Shown here: positions 51,748 to 64,000 of the stretch, piece after piece
Position numbering within the stretch: the stretch's first letter is position 1
Layout of the letters: every line of letters begins with the position of its first letter
Assembly (NCBI GenBank): GCA_965228735.1
Contig: OZ245838.1
Span: 6,528,001-6,592,000 of the forward strand
Direction of reading: 5' to 3'
Length of the DNA: 64,000 nt
From: Planctomycetota bacterium
Lineage (GTDB): Bacteria > Planctomycetota > UBA1135 > UBA2386
Translations under genes and position numbers: made by a program
Notes under the pieces: generated by a model
Told to the model about the DNA's origin: nothing
The model's input: only the letters and a program-made list of their open reading frames with translations
Database searches by the model: none

Positions 51748-52237
51748 GGTCGGCGTTCTCCGCGGCGGTCCGTCGCAGCTTCTCGCGCGCGCGGCGCAGG
51801 TGCGACTTGACGGTGTTCAGGGGCAGGTCGTGGTCCGCGGCGAGCTGCAGCAGCGTGCGGTCGTCGCGATGGAAGCCGAGCAGCAGCGCGCGCTCGATCG
51901 CCGAGAGCTCGTCGAGGACGCGCTCGACCTCGTCGCGCAGCTCTGCCGTGCACGGCGGCGTCGCGCTCTGCGAACGCGCGAGCTCGTCGGCCGCCTGCGG
52001 GACGCTGCGCAGCTTGCGCCGGTGGTCGATGACGCATCGAAACCCGGTCTGCAGCAGCCAGCCACGAGTGCTGCGCCTGGGATCCCAGCTGCCGCGGTAG
52101 CGCCAGGCGCGGGTCATCGCCTCCTGCAGCAGGTCGTCGGCGTCGCGCGGCGCGAGCCGCCGGAGCATGGCGATCAGGGCCATGCGATGCCGCGCGAGGT
52201 AGTCGGCAAACTCGCGTTCGATCGCACTCTGGTTCAT
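51740..52237 (-). CDS. ECF-family RNA polymerase sigma factor (start may be as far upstream as 52324)
   Basis: DADDLLQEA, WL, IDHRRK, L.LNTVKSHLRRAR.KL. Confidence 0.88.
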   Translation of the reverse strand: MNQSAIEREFADYLARHRMALIAMLRRLAPRDADDLLQEAMTRAWRYRGSWDPRRSTRGWLLQTGFRCVIDHRRKLRSVPQAADELARSQSATPPCTAELRDEVERVLDELSAIERALLLGFHRDDRTLLQLAADHDLPLNTVKSHLRRAREKLRRTAAENADHD

Positions 52238-52335
52238 CGCCGTCGACACCGGGGTCACTCCGGCTGCTATACCGCAGCCGGCCGGCGCGAAGTTGCGGCC
52301 GGCGACGATTTCCGCCTGGTTCACGAACCCGGGCG

Positions 52336-55779
<3,444 letters not shown>

Positions 55780-55865
55780 CGCCGCTCAGCGTACGGTGCG
55801 CGCCGGACACCGCAATCACGTACCGGAACAGCCGCGAGGGCGAGCCTGTGCGGTGGCGTCCGCCA

Positions 55866-56864
55866 CTACTGCAACAGCTGCATCAGGATCGCCTTCTGCA
55901 CGTGCACGCGGTTTTCCGCCTGGTCGTAGATCGCGGAGCGCGGGCCGTCGAGCACCGCGTCCGTCGCCGCGACGTTGCGGCGCACGGGCAGCGGGTGCAT
56001 GAGCAGCGCGTCGGCCGTCTGCTGCATCAGCGCCTCGTCGACCTTCCAGTCCTGCAGCGAGCGCTTCATCATCGCTTCGCGTTCGGGATCGTCCCAGTAC
56101 TTCGTGCTGCCCCAGGACCGCGCGTAGAGCACCTGCGCGCCTTCGCTGGCCGAGGCCAGGTCGTTCTTCACGCTGACCTGGCCGCCGGCTTCCTTCGCCA
56201 TGCCGCTGGCCTGACTCAGCACTTCGCTGTCGACGTCGAACCCGATCGGGTTGGCGACGGTGACGTCCATGCCGAGCATCGCGGCGACGCGCAGGATCGA
56301 GTGGGTCGGACCGAGCGACTTGGGGTCGGGGTGGTTGCACCACGCCAGCGTGAGCTTCTTGCCGCGCAGGTCTTGGAGGTGCTCGCGCATCGTCATCGCG
56401 TCGGCGATCGCCTGGCACGGGTGCTCGAAGCAGGTCTCGAGGTTGATGACCGGCACTGAGCTGTGCTGCGCATAGCTCCGCAGCAGCAGCTCCTGCCGGT
56501 CGCGTTCCCACGTGCCGACACGCGAGACCGCGCGGACCCCGAGCGCGTCGACGTAGCGTGACATCGTGCGCGCGGCGTCGATCACGTGCTCCTCGGCGCG
56601 GCCGTCCATCACGACCTGGTCGCCGGGCTCGAGCTCGTAGAGGTCGTCGCGCGCGAGGTTCACGCAGTGGCCGCCGAGCTGCACCATCGCGGTCTCGAAC
56701 GACACGCGCGTGCGCAGGCTCGGCTGGAAGAACAGCATGCCGAGCGTCTTGCCGGCCAGGCCCTGCGTCAGGCGCTTGCCCTTGGCCCGCGAGGCGAGGT
56801 CCAGCAGGTCGTCCAGGTCGGAGCGGGAGAGTTCGGCCGTCGATAGGAAGTCGCGCTTGCTCAA
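55866..56864 (-). CDS. N-acetylornithine carbamoyltransferase-like transcarbamylase (start TTG 56864 or ATG 56894)
   Basis: FF.PSLRTR.SFE, EH..DA, HPCQ..AD, W..HP, HPLPVRRN, QAENR. Confidence 0.8.
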   Translation of the reverse strand: MSKRDFLSTAELSRSDLDDLLDLASRAKGKRLTQGLAGKTLGMLFFQPSLRTRVSFETAMVQLGGHCVNLARDDLYELEPGDQVVMDGRAEEHVIDAARTMSRYVDALGVRAVSRVGTWERDRQELLLRSYAQHSSVPVINLETCFEHPCQAIADAMTMREHLQDLRGKKLTLAWCNHPDPKSLGPTHSILRVAAMLGMDVTVANPIGFDVDSEVLSQASGMAKEAGGQVSVKNDLASASEGAQVLYARSWGSTKYWDDPEREAMMKRSLQDWKVDEALMQQTADALLMHPLPVRRNVAATDAVLDGPRSAIYDQAENRVHVQKAILMQLLQ

Positions 56865-56896
56865 GGCTGTTCGGTCCGTTTTCGTGGAGCCCATAG

Positions 56897-57364
56897 ATGA
56901 GCACCACGCCGGGCGCAAAGGAAGACGAACGTTGGATCGCGCGTTGTCTCGAGCTCGCCGCGGAGGCTGCGCAGAACGCCGAGGTCCCGGTCGGCGCCCT
57001 CGTGGTGCTGGACGACGAGGTCGTGGGGGAGGGCCGGAACCGCGTCGAGGCCGAACGGTCCCCGCTCGCCCACGCCGAGATGATCGCCCTGCAGGCGGCT
57101 CTCCGGACGGTGGGCGAGAAGCGCCTGCCGACCGCGACGCTCTACTGCACGCTCGAGCCCTGTTTCCTCTGCGCGGGGGCGATTCTGCACACCCGCATCC
57201 GGCGCGTCGTGTTCGGCGCCCGCGACCCCAAGTTCGGGGCCGTGCGGTCGCTCGGCACGATCCTCGAGGACGATCGGCTGAACCACCGCTGCGAGGTCGT
57301 CGAGGGCGTCGGGGCGTCTGCCAGCGCGGAGCTATTGCGGGCCTTTTTCAGGGCCCGTCGATAG
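56897..57364 (+). CDS. tadA: tRNA adenosine(34) deaminase
   Basis: EVPVGA, AHAE, TLEPC..CAGA, FGA.DPK.GA, LNH, FF..RR. Confidence 0.93.
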   Translation: MSTTPGAKEDERWIARCLELAAEAAQNAEVPVGALVVLDDEVVGEGRNRVEAERSPLAHAEMIALQAALRTVGEKRLPTATLYCTLEPCFLCAGAILHTRIRRVVFGARDPKFGAVRSLGTILEDDRLNHRCEVVEGVGASASAELLRAFFRARR

Positions 57365-57451
57365 ATCCGTGTTTCGCACGAGGAGGTGGCTCACCGATGA
57401 TTCCGGGCCCGCCGACATCCCGATGGCCGGTACTACCTCGCTGAGCTGACC

Positions 57452-58636
57452 GTGACCCGTACCCTCGCACTCGTGATCTCGGCGGCGTTCGCAGCGCCCC
57501 TCCTGGCGCAGTCTCCAACGCCGGAATCGGGCGCTCCGGCGGACCCCGACCACCAGCACCCGCATCCGCTCGTGCAGCGGCCTGACTCCGGGCCGACGGC
57601 GATCGCCGACGTCGTGCAGTTCTCCGGCATCTTCTCGGCGGCCTGGCAGCACGAGAGCGTGCGGGGCGCGCGCGATCGCGAGGGCGGGTCGTTCATCTTC
57701 CAGCCCGAGGTGGTCGCGCGGGCGTCCGAGCGCACCCTCGTGCGGGCTCGCTTCGGTTTCGCCGCCGACGATGCGCTCAACAACGACTCGCCGTTCGCGT
57801 CGGTCCAGCCGTGGGCCGCGGACACCGAGTCCGGCGTCAACAACATCAACGGCCGCAGTCGCGATGCCGTCATCATCGCCGAGGTGACGCACGCGATGAC
57901 GACGCGGGCGGGCGAGCTCACGATCACGGGCGGCGTCCTCGACCCGACCGAGTTCCTCGACGAGAACGCGTTCGCCAACGACGAACTCAGTCAGTTCATG
58001 AACCTCGCGTTCGTCAACGACCCGATCGCCAACCTGCCGACCTACGACGTCGGCGCGGCCGTGCGGCTCGACAGCGGCGACTGGCAGTTCACCGCGCTCG
58101 GCCAGCGCTACGGCAGCAACGGCATCGGGCGCTCGTTCACGCTGTGGGGCGGGCAGGCGATGTATCACTTCGGCGGCGAGGATCGCGACGTCGACAACGT
58201 CCGCCTGACGGTGACCGGCACGAGCTCGGACTTCGCGGACCCGACCGGGGCGTCGAACGACGAATCGCAGATCGGAGTGTCGGTTTCGGTCGATCATCGC
58301 CTGCTCGACTGCTGCGGCGTCTTCAGCCGGCTGAGCTGGGGCAACGACGATCCGGCCCGCGCGTTCGACCGCTACGCGTCCGCGGGATTTGCGTTCAACG
58401 GCTCATCGTGGGGCCGCGAGCACGACGTCGTCGGGGTCGGTCTCGGCTACCTCGATGGCGGCAACACGTTCTACGACGACGCGATCGTCGGCGAGATCTA
58501 CGGCTCGGTGGAGCTCGTCGACACGATCGTGCTGACGGCCGACGCGCAGTACGTCGACGAGAACGTCATCGCCGGCGCGCCGCAGCGCGGCGTCGACGGC
58601 TGGATCCTCGGCCTCCGCGTGACGATGACCTTCTGA
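57452..58636 (+). CDS. Carbohydrate-selective porin (OprB-like)
   Basis: Signal peptide; F.D.N.FANDE..QFMN, R..D.VGVG, D.QY, C-terminal G.R....F. Confidence 0.75.
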   Translation: MTRTLALVISAAFAAPLLAQSPTPESGAPADPDHQHPHPLVQRPDSGPTAIADVVQFSGIFSAAWQHESVRGARDREGGSFIFQPEVVARASERTLVRARFGFAADDALNNDSPFASVQPWAADTESGVNNINGRSRDAVIIAEVTHAMTTRAGELTITGGVLDPTEFLDENAFANDELSQFMNLAFVNDPIANLPTYDVGAAVRLDSGDWQFTALGQRYGSNGIGRSFTLWGGQAMYHFGGEDRDVDNVRLTVTGTSSDFADPTGASNDESQIGVSVSVDHRLLDCCGVFSRLSWGNDDPARAFDRYASAGFAFNGSSWGREHDVVGVGLGYLDGGNTFYDDAIVGEIYGSVELVDTIVLTADAQYVDENVIAGAPQRGVDGWILGLRVTMTF

Positions 58637-58671
58637 GCGCGATCGGCGCGGTTCGCCGCCGGCGCGGCGCG

Positions 58672-59793
58672 CTACCAGCCGCCGAGCACGAGCTCGACGC
58701 CGCGCGTGCTCGACGCGAGGCCGTTGCTGCTCGTGAAGTCGAGCACGAAGCCCTGCGCGAACAGGCTGAGCCCGCAGAAGCTCGTGCCGCCCGGGAACTG
58801 GAAGTCGAAGTAGGCCGAGCCGTCCGGGAACGTGCGGCTCGAGAGCGTCGGCGTGCCGTTCGGCACGACGAGCACGTTGATGCCGCCGAAGTTCTGGTTG
58901 GTCGGCTGGGTGCCGAGCAGCAGCGCGGACAGCGAATTGCCGAGGCCGTTCTCGATGCGGATCGCGGTCGAGCTCAGCTGTGCGCGGGTGACGAGGTACT
59001 CGGAGTAGAGGTTCGGCAGGCCGGTCGTGCCCGCGGTGCCGGTGCCGTACGTCACGATGTTGGGGCGGCAGTCGAGCAGCGCGAGCGTGCACTCGACGGC
59101 GACCGAGCCGTTCGCCGGGACCATCAGCGACCACTGGAACGCGCCGCCGTAGTCGCCCACGCCCTGCTGGCCGCTCCAGCCGCCGAGGTTCGTCAGCTCG
59201 ATGTCCGTGAGGCCTGCGGTCAGGGTCGCGGGCGGCGCCACGGCGGTGCGCGTGGCGCCCTCGGCGCGGAACTCGCATGCCTGCGTGATGCCGTCCTGCA
59301 CGACGTGGCTGATGCGGTTGCCGCGCGCGATGTTGAGCGGGTTGCCGCCGGCATCGAGATCGGCGATCGCGAACAGGTCGACCGTCAGGGGCTGGGCCCT
59401 GAGATTCGTGAGCGTCATCGTCTCCTCGAGGCGCGCGCCCTGGACGCCCGACGTCGCGAGCGTCTGCACGAGCGTCGCCGAGAAGTCACCGCGGCCGTCG
59501 AGATCGACCCAGGTGGTCGTGATCGTCGGGCCGCTCACGACGCGCGTCACCATGCCGTCGTCCTTGAACGCGTACTCGCGCCGTTGCCCCGGGCCGCGGA
59601 AGTACCACCAGTGGTTGCGCAGCGGGTCCGAACCGCCGCTCGTGAGATCCCCATCCGGGATCATGGTCTCCGTGGTCGGCAGGGCGCCGACGACGAGCGT
59701 CGCGGGCCCGGTCGAGACCGTGACCGGCAGGTTGGTCTGCGCGACGGCGACCGACAGGCCGCTCGTCAGGATCAAGACTGGAATGAGGCGCAT
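58672..59793 (-). CDS. Secreted hypothetical protein
   Basis: Signal peptide (AVAQ), beta-rich body, C-terminal FAQG motif domain. Confidence 0.75.
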   Translation of the reverse strand: MRLIPVLILTSGLSVAVAQTNLPVTVSTGPATLVVGALPTTETMIPDGDLTSGGSDPLRNHWWYFRGPGQRREYAFKDDGMVTRVVSGPTITTTWVDLDGRGDFSATLVQTLATSGVQGARLEETMTLTNLRAQPLTVDLFAIADLDAGGNPLNIARGNRISHVVQDGITQACEFRAEGATRTAVAPPATLTAGLTDIELTNLGGWSGQQGVGDYGGAFQWSLMVPANGSVAVECTLALLDCRPNIVTYGTGTAGTTGLPNLYSEYLVTRAQLSSTAIRIENGLGNSLSALLLGTQPTNQNFGGINVLVVPNGTPTLSSRTFPDGSAYFDFQFPGGTSFCGLSLFAQGFVLDFTSSNGLASSTRGVELVLGGW

Positions 59794-60133
59794 GGATACT
59801 CGGAGGCAGTGGGGCCTGAACGTAACCGACGCCAGGGTTGCCGCGAAGGGGGGGGCAATCGCCGGAAACGCGCGTTCTCGGGCCCGGATCGTCGGTTTCC
59901 GGTGTTCCGCCGTCAGGCCCGCGCGGCGGCACCGGCGGTGACCGGGCACTGCCATCGGGCGTTGCCGCGGCGGCAGGAGAGCTGCGGCCGCGGCCCGGGG
60001 TGTCGCAGCGATGACGCGCGCCGCGGCGCTCGGTGCGGCGGCAAAACCGTGCCGGGCTGATTGTTGCAATGTCACGGCCGGCCCGGCACGATCCTCCGCC
60101 CCAAGGCGCGTCGTCCCCACGGCGGCCCCTCGC

Positions 60134-60223
<90 letters not shown>

Positions 60224-60230
60224 CTTCTCC

Positions 60231-60314
60231 CCGGCGGCTGGTCTCCGGCGGCCTGACCCCAGCGGCCTGACTTTGGCGGCCCGTCTCCGTCGGCCGGACT
60301 CCGTCAGCCTCGGC
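60231..60314. repeat. Degenerate 14-bp tandem repeat (about 6 units)
   Basis: ccggcggctggtct / ccggcggcctgacc / ccagcggcctgact / ttggcggcccgtct / ccgtcggccggact / ccgtcagcctcggc. Confidence 0.55.
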
Positions 60315-60350
60315 TCGGGGACGGCCTGAGCCGGAATTACCCGGTCGCGG

Positions 60351-62474
60351 TCACTTACCCTGGAGCGTGCGCCACAGGAACGTGTAGGCCAGCGCCGTCA
60401 TGAACGCGGCCTGTTCGTTGTCCGCCGCGCCGCCGTGGCCGCCCTCGATGTTCTCGTAGTAGAGCGCTCGGTGCCCCTGCTCCATCATCCGCGCCATCAT
60501 CTTGCGCGCGTGACCCGGGTGGACGCGGTCGTCGCGCGTCGAGGTCGTGAACAGCACGCGCGGGTACCGCGTCTCCGACTTCACGTTGTGATACGGCGAG
60601 TAGCGCACGAGGAACTCGGCCTCGGCCGGGTCCTCCGGGTCGCCGTACTCGCCGATCCACGACGCGCCCGCGAGCAGCTTGTGGAAGCGCAGCATGTCGA
60701 GCAGCGGCACCTGGCAGACCACGGCGCCGAACAGCTCGGGATACGTCGTCAGCATGTTGCCGACGAGCAGGCCGCCGTTGCTGCCGCCCTGCACGCCGAG
60801 GTGCGGTGCTGCGGTGACGCGTCGCGCGATCAGGTCCCTCGCGACGGCCGCGAAGTCCTCGTAGGCCTTGTGGCGTTTGCCCTTCAGCGCCGCCTGATGC
60901 CAGCGCGGGCCGAACTCGCCGCCGCCCCGGATGTTCGCGACGCAGAAGACGCCGCCGCGCTCGAGCCACGCGGTGCCGGTGACCGCGCCGTAGCTCGGCG
61001 TCATCGAGATCTCGAAGCCGCCGTAGCCGTAGAGCAACGTCGGGTTCGTGCCATCGAACGCGAGGTCGTCGCGGCGCACGAGGAAGTACGGGATCGACGT
61101 GCCGTCCGCGGACTTCGCCGCGTGCTGCTCGACGACGAGGCCGTCGGCATCGAAGAACGCGGGCAGGCTCTTCAGCTGCTTGGGCGCGCCGTTGCCGACC
61201 GTGCCGAGCCACAGGCTCGTCGGCGTCAGGTAGTCCGTGATCGTGAGGAAGTAGTCGTCGGAGAAGTCGCTGTCCGCGGCGCTCGCGCTCACCGTGCCGA
61301 ACTCGGGCAGGCCGGGCAGCAGTTCGCGGTTCCAGCTCGCCCCCGCCGCGCCCGGCGTCAGCACGTAGACCCGGTTCTTGACGTTGTCGAGCACGTTGAG
61401 CAGCACGTGGTTCAACGTCGGCGAATAGCCCGCGAGTGACGTCCGCGCGGTCGGTTCGAACAGGATCTCGAAGTCGCGTTCGCCCGCGAGGAACGCCTGC
61501 AGATGGATGACGAGCAGCGCGCCGGCCGGGTAGGTCGTCTGCTCGATCGGCCAGTCCTCGCGCAGCGACACGAACAGCCATTCCCGGTGCAGGTTCACCG
61601 TGGCGCTGTCCGGTTTGTCGAGCTTGATGGTCTTGCCGTCCTCGAGCAGCAGGACCTCGTTGGTGAAGAACGTCTTCGCGCGCGTCAGGATGTCGCGTTC
61701 GAAGCCCGGGGACTGGTCGTGGTTGGCCGCGAACGCGACGTCCGTCGCCTCGCCCTCGCCGACGAGCTCCGCGCTGGCGAGTTCGGTGCCGCGCCGCCAG
61801 CGCCGCGCGGTGCGCGGGTAGCCCGAGTCGGTCATCGTGCCGGCGCCGAAGTCCGTGCCGACGTAGATGTGATCGCGGTCGATCCAGCCCGCCATCGTCT
61901 TGGCCTCGGGCACCGTGAAGCCGCCTTCGACGAACGTGCGCGTCTGGACGTCGAACTCGCGGATGACGACCGCGTCCGCACCGCCGCGCGACAGCGACAC
62001 GAGGCAGTAGCGGCGCTCGGGCAGCAGGAACGTCGCGCCCTTCCACACCCAGTTCTCGTTCTCCTGTCGCCCGAGCTCGTCGAGGTCGAGCAGGACGTCC
62101 CACTCGGGCTCGTCCTGCACGTACTGCTCGAAGCTCGTGCGCCGCCACAGGCCGCGCGGGTTCTTCGCGTCCTGCCAGAAGTTGAAGTAGTGCGCGCCGC
62201 GCCGCGTGACGAACGGGATCCTGTCGTCGCTGTCGAGCACCGCCAGGACGGCGCGCTTCAGCTCGGCGAACAGCTCGGTCTCGGCGAGTTCGCCCGTCGT
62301 CGCGGCGTTGCGTTCGCGGACCCAACCCAGGGCCTCGTCGCTGTCGACGGCCTCGAGCCAGAGATTCGGATCGGCGGGGAGGTCGGGATCGGGCATCGGG
62401 GGAGTCTGCGCCGCGGGGGAGCCGGCGACGGCGAGGGTGGCGGCGATTGCGGTGGCGCGGAGGTGCGGGATCAT
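60351..62474 (-). CDS. Prolyl oligopeptidase (S9A)
   Basis: DP..WLE, GYGGF, ANIRGGGEFG..WH, GGSNGGLL, DDRVHP.H, EGGH. Confidence 0.95.
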   Translation of the reverse strand: MIPHLRATAIAATLAVAGSPAAQTPPMPDPDLPADPNLWLEAVDSDEALGWVRERNAATTGELAETELFAELKRAVLAVLDSDDRIPFVTRRGAHYFNFWQDAKNPRGLWRRTSFEQYVQDEPEWDVLLDLDELGRQENENWVWKGATFLLPERRYCLVSLSRGGADAVVIREFDVQTRTFVEGGFTVPEAKTMAGWIDRDHIYVGTDFGAGTMTDSGYPRTARRWRRGTELASAELVGEGEATDVAFAANHDQSPGFERDILTRAKTFFTNEVLLLEDGKTIKLDKPDSATVNLHREWLFVSLREDWPIEQTTYPAGALLVIHLQAFLAGERDFEILFEPTARTSLAGYSPTLNHVLLNVLDNVKNRVYVLTPGAAGASWNRELLPGLPEFGTVSASAADSDFSDDYFLTITDYLTPTSLWLGTVGNGAPKQLKSLPAFFDADGLVVEQHAAKSADGTSIPYFLVRRDDLAFDGTNPTLLYGYGGFEISMTPSYGAVTGTAWLERGGVFCVANIRGGGEFGPRWHQAALKGKRHKAYEDFAAVARDLIARRVTAAPHLGVQGGSNGGLLVGNMLTTYPELFGAVVCQVPLLDMLRFHKLLAGASWIGEYGDPEDPAEAEFLVRYSPYHNVKSETRYPRVLFTTSTRDDRVHPGHARKMMARMMEQGHRALYYENIEGGHGGAADNEQAAFMTALAYTFLWRTLQGK

Positions 62475-62629
62475 AGGAACTCGGGGGGCGACGGCGCGCG
62501 GCGGGCCGCGCTGTGGACGCGCGGCCGGCCGTTCATGTTCATACGGCGTCGCCCGGGCCTCGGCGAACTGCGACCGTATTTGCGGTGTGGCGTATCCGGG
62601 CGCACCCGCCCGAGGAAAGACGCACGGCC

Positions 62630-62754
62630 CGCGAAGGTGAGATCCACCAGGCGGCCCGCGCACAAGAGACTGCACGCTTATGGCTGCTTCCTTCCGGACC
62701 TGACCAGGTTCACGCCGCCCCCTTGCACGGGACCCGACGAACCCCACCTTCGCG
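62630..62754 (-). ncRNA. ffs: Signal recognition particle RNA (small bacterial type)
   Basis: Minus strand carries GAACCTGGTCAGGTCCGGAAGGAAGCAGCCA; closing stem GCGAAGGTG...CACCTTCGC. Confidence 0.93.
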
Positions 62755-62765
62755 AGCCGTGCAGG

Positions 62766-62858
<93 letters not shown>

Positions 62859-63026
62859 ACGCAACGCCGCGTGGGCCCCGGAGATCAGTCCTCCGGAAAA
62901 TGGGGAGGGGAGTTCTAGGTGGCCGCCCCGCGAGATGCAAGGTCGGCATGGCGGCGCCGTGCGATCGCGTTCGCGAAGCGGGCCTCGAGCCTTCCCCGGG
63001 TGCGCGCGAGGTTGCACACTGACCGC

Positions 63027-64000
63027 ATGGCAGCGTCCAAGAAGGCGACCTCGAAGCCCGCTCCGGCGGCGGACGGGGCAGACGGGTATCAGGTCGTTGC
63101 CCGCCGGTTCCGGCCGCAGTCGTTCGAGGAGATGGTCGGCCAGGACGAGGTCCTGCAGTCGTTGCGGGCCGCGCTGGAGCAGAAGCGCATTCCGCATGCG
63201 TTCCTGTTCTCCGGCAGTCGCGGCGTCGGCAAGACGACCTCGGCGCGCATCCTCGCGCGCTGCCTCAACTGCGTGCACGGCCCGACGCCGACACCATGCG
63301 GGAAGTGCGAGCTCTGCACGTCGATCCTCGACGGCAGCAACCCGGACGTGATCGAGATCGACGCCGCGTCGAACAACAGCGTCGACGACGTGCGGCAGCT
63401 GCGCGAGCACGCGGCGTTCGCAACGATGCGCTCGCGCAACCGGGTGTTCATCCTCGACGAGGTCCACATGCTGAGCAAGGGCGCGTTTAATGCGCTGCTC
63501 AAGACTCTCGAGGAGCCGCCGGCCGGGGTGGTGTTCGTGCTCGCGACGACCGAGCTGCACAAGGTGCCGGAGACGATCCGGTCGCGATGTCAGGTCCTGA
63601 TGTTCCGTCGCGTCGGCGAGCCGGACCTGCAGCGCCGGCTCGCGACGATCGCCGAGCGCGAGGGCGTCGACGTGCCGGCCGAGGTGCTCGCGGAGATCGC
63701 GGCGTCCGTGCGCGGCGGCGTGCGCGATGCCGAGACCGCGCTCGAACGCGTGATCCCGCTGGCGCGCGAACTCGGCAGCAAGTTCGACCTCTTGGCCTAC
63801 CGGACGCTCGTCGCGCGGGTCGGCACGGACGCGGTGGTCGACGTCGTCGCGGAGCTGCTGCAGGGGAACGTGCAGGCGGGGTTGCACTTCGCCCGTTCGC
63901 TGCAGGAGCAAGGGGTCGACGAACGTGAGGCGCTCGGCGAGATCGTCGAGGTGTTGCGGTGGCTGTTGCTGCTCCGCGTCGACGGACCCGACAGCGTGCT
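63027..64000 (+). CDS. dnaX: DNA polymerase III gamma/tau subunit (3' end outside the window)
   Basis: YQVVARRFRPQSF..MVGQ, G.RGVGKTT.ARI, PCG.C..C, EIDAAS, DEVHML, NALLKTLEEPP. Confidence 0.96.
   Translation, partial: MAASKKATSKPAPAADGADGYQVVARRFRPQSFEEMVGQDEVLQSLRAALEQKRIPHAFLFSGSRGVGKTTSARILARCLNCVHGPTPTPCGKCELCTSILDGSNPDVIEIDAASNNSVDDVRQLREHAAFATMRSRNRVFILDEVHMLSKGAFNALLKTLEEPPAGVVFVLATTELHKVPETIRSRCQVLMFRRVGEPDLQRRLATIAEREGVDVPAEVLAEIAASVRGGVRDAETALERVIPLARELGSKFDLLAYRTLVARVGTDAVVDVVAELLQGNVQAGLHFARSLQEQGVDEREALGEIVEVLRWLLLLRVDGPDSV

Noticed and set aside
60231..60330. Possible CRISPR array
   Set aside because: Units are degenerate and contiguous with no spacers; no cas genes in the window.

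Overview
High-GC bacterial chromosome segment. Gene style suggests a Planctomycetota-like organism (inference). In order it holds: a peptide-ligase/transglutaminase cluster (DUF2126 gene; circularly permuted ATP-grasp, alpha-E, Ntn-amidotransferase-transglutaminase fusion, tandem glutaminase); a PilMNO-secretin operon; RNase E/G; a UGA-interrupted thioredoxin-fold probable selenoprotein; several secreted proteins; rplU-rpmA-obgE, a PilT-like ATPase and an EF-G paralog; the S10-spc-alpha ribosomal cluster lacking rplC and rpmD; an ECF sigma operon; dnaE, an N-acetylornithine carbamoyltransferase-like gene and tadA; two tRNA-Ser genes, SRP RNA and the start of dnaX. The most notable feature is a three-level nested element. 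An IS3-family IS (24502-25807) sits inside a group II intron (22593-25893), which sits inside one arm of a 37-bp REP/REPIN-like inverted repeat. The intron's candidate EBS1/EBS2 are exactly complementary to the repeat core, and a related intron-free hairpin lies at 30927-31029, so the intron may be specialised for a dispersed repeat family. Also notable: a C-terminal domain apparently shared by four unrelated secreted proteins. All calls were made by eye from motifs; no database searches were run.
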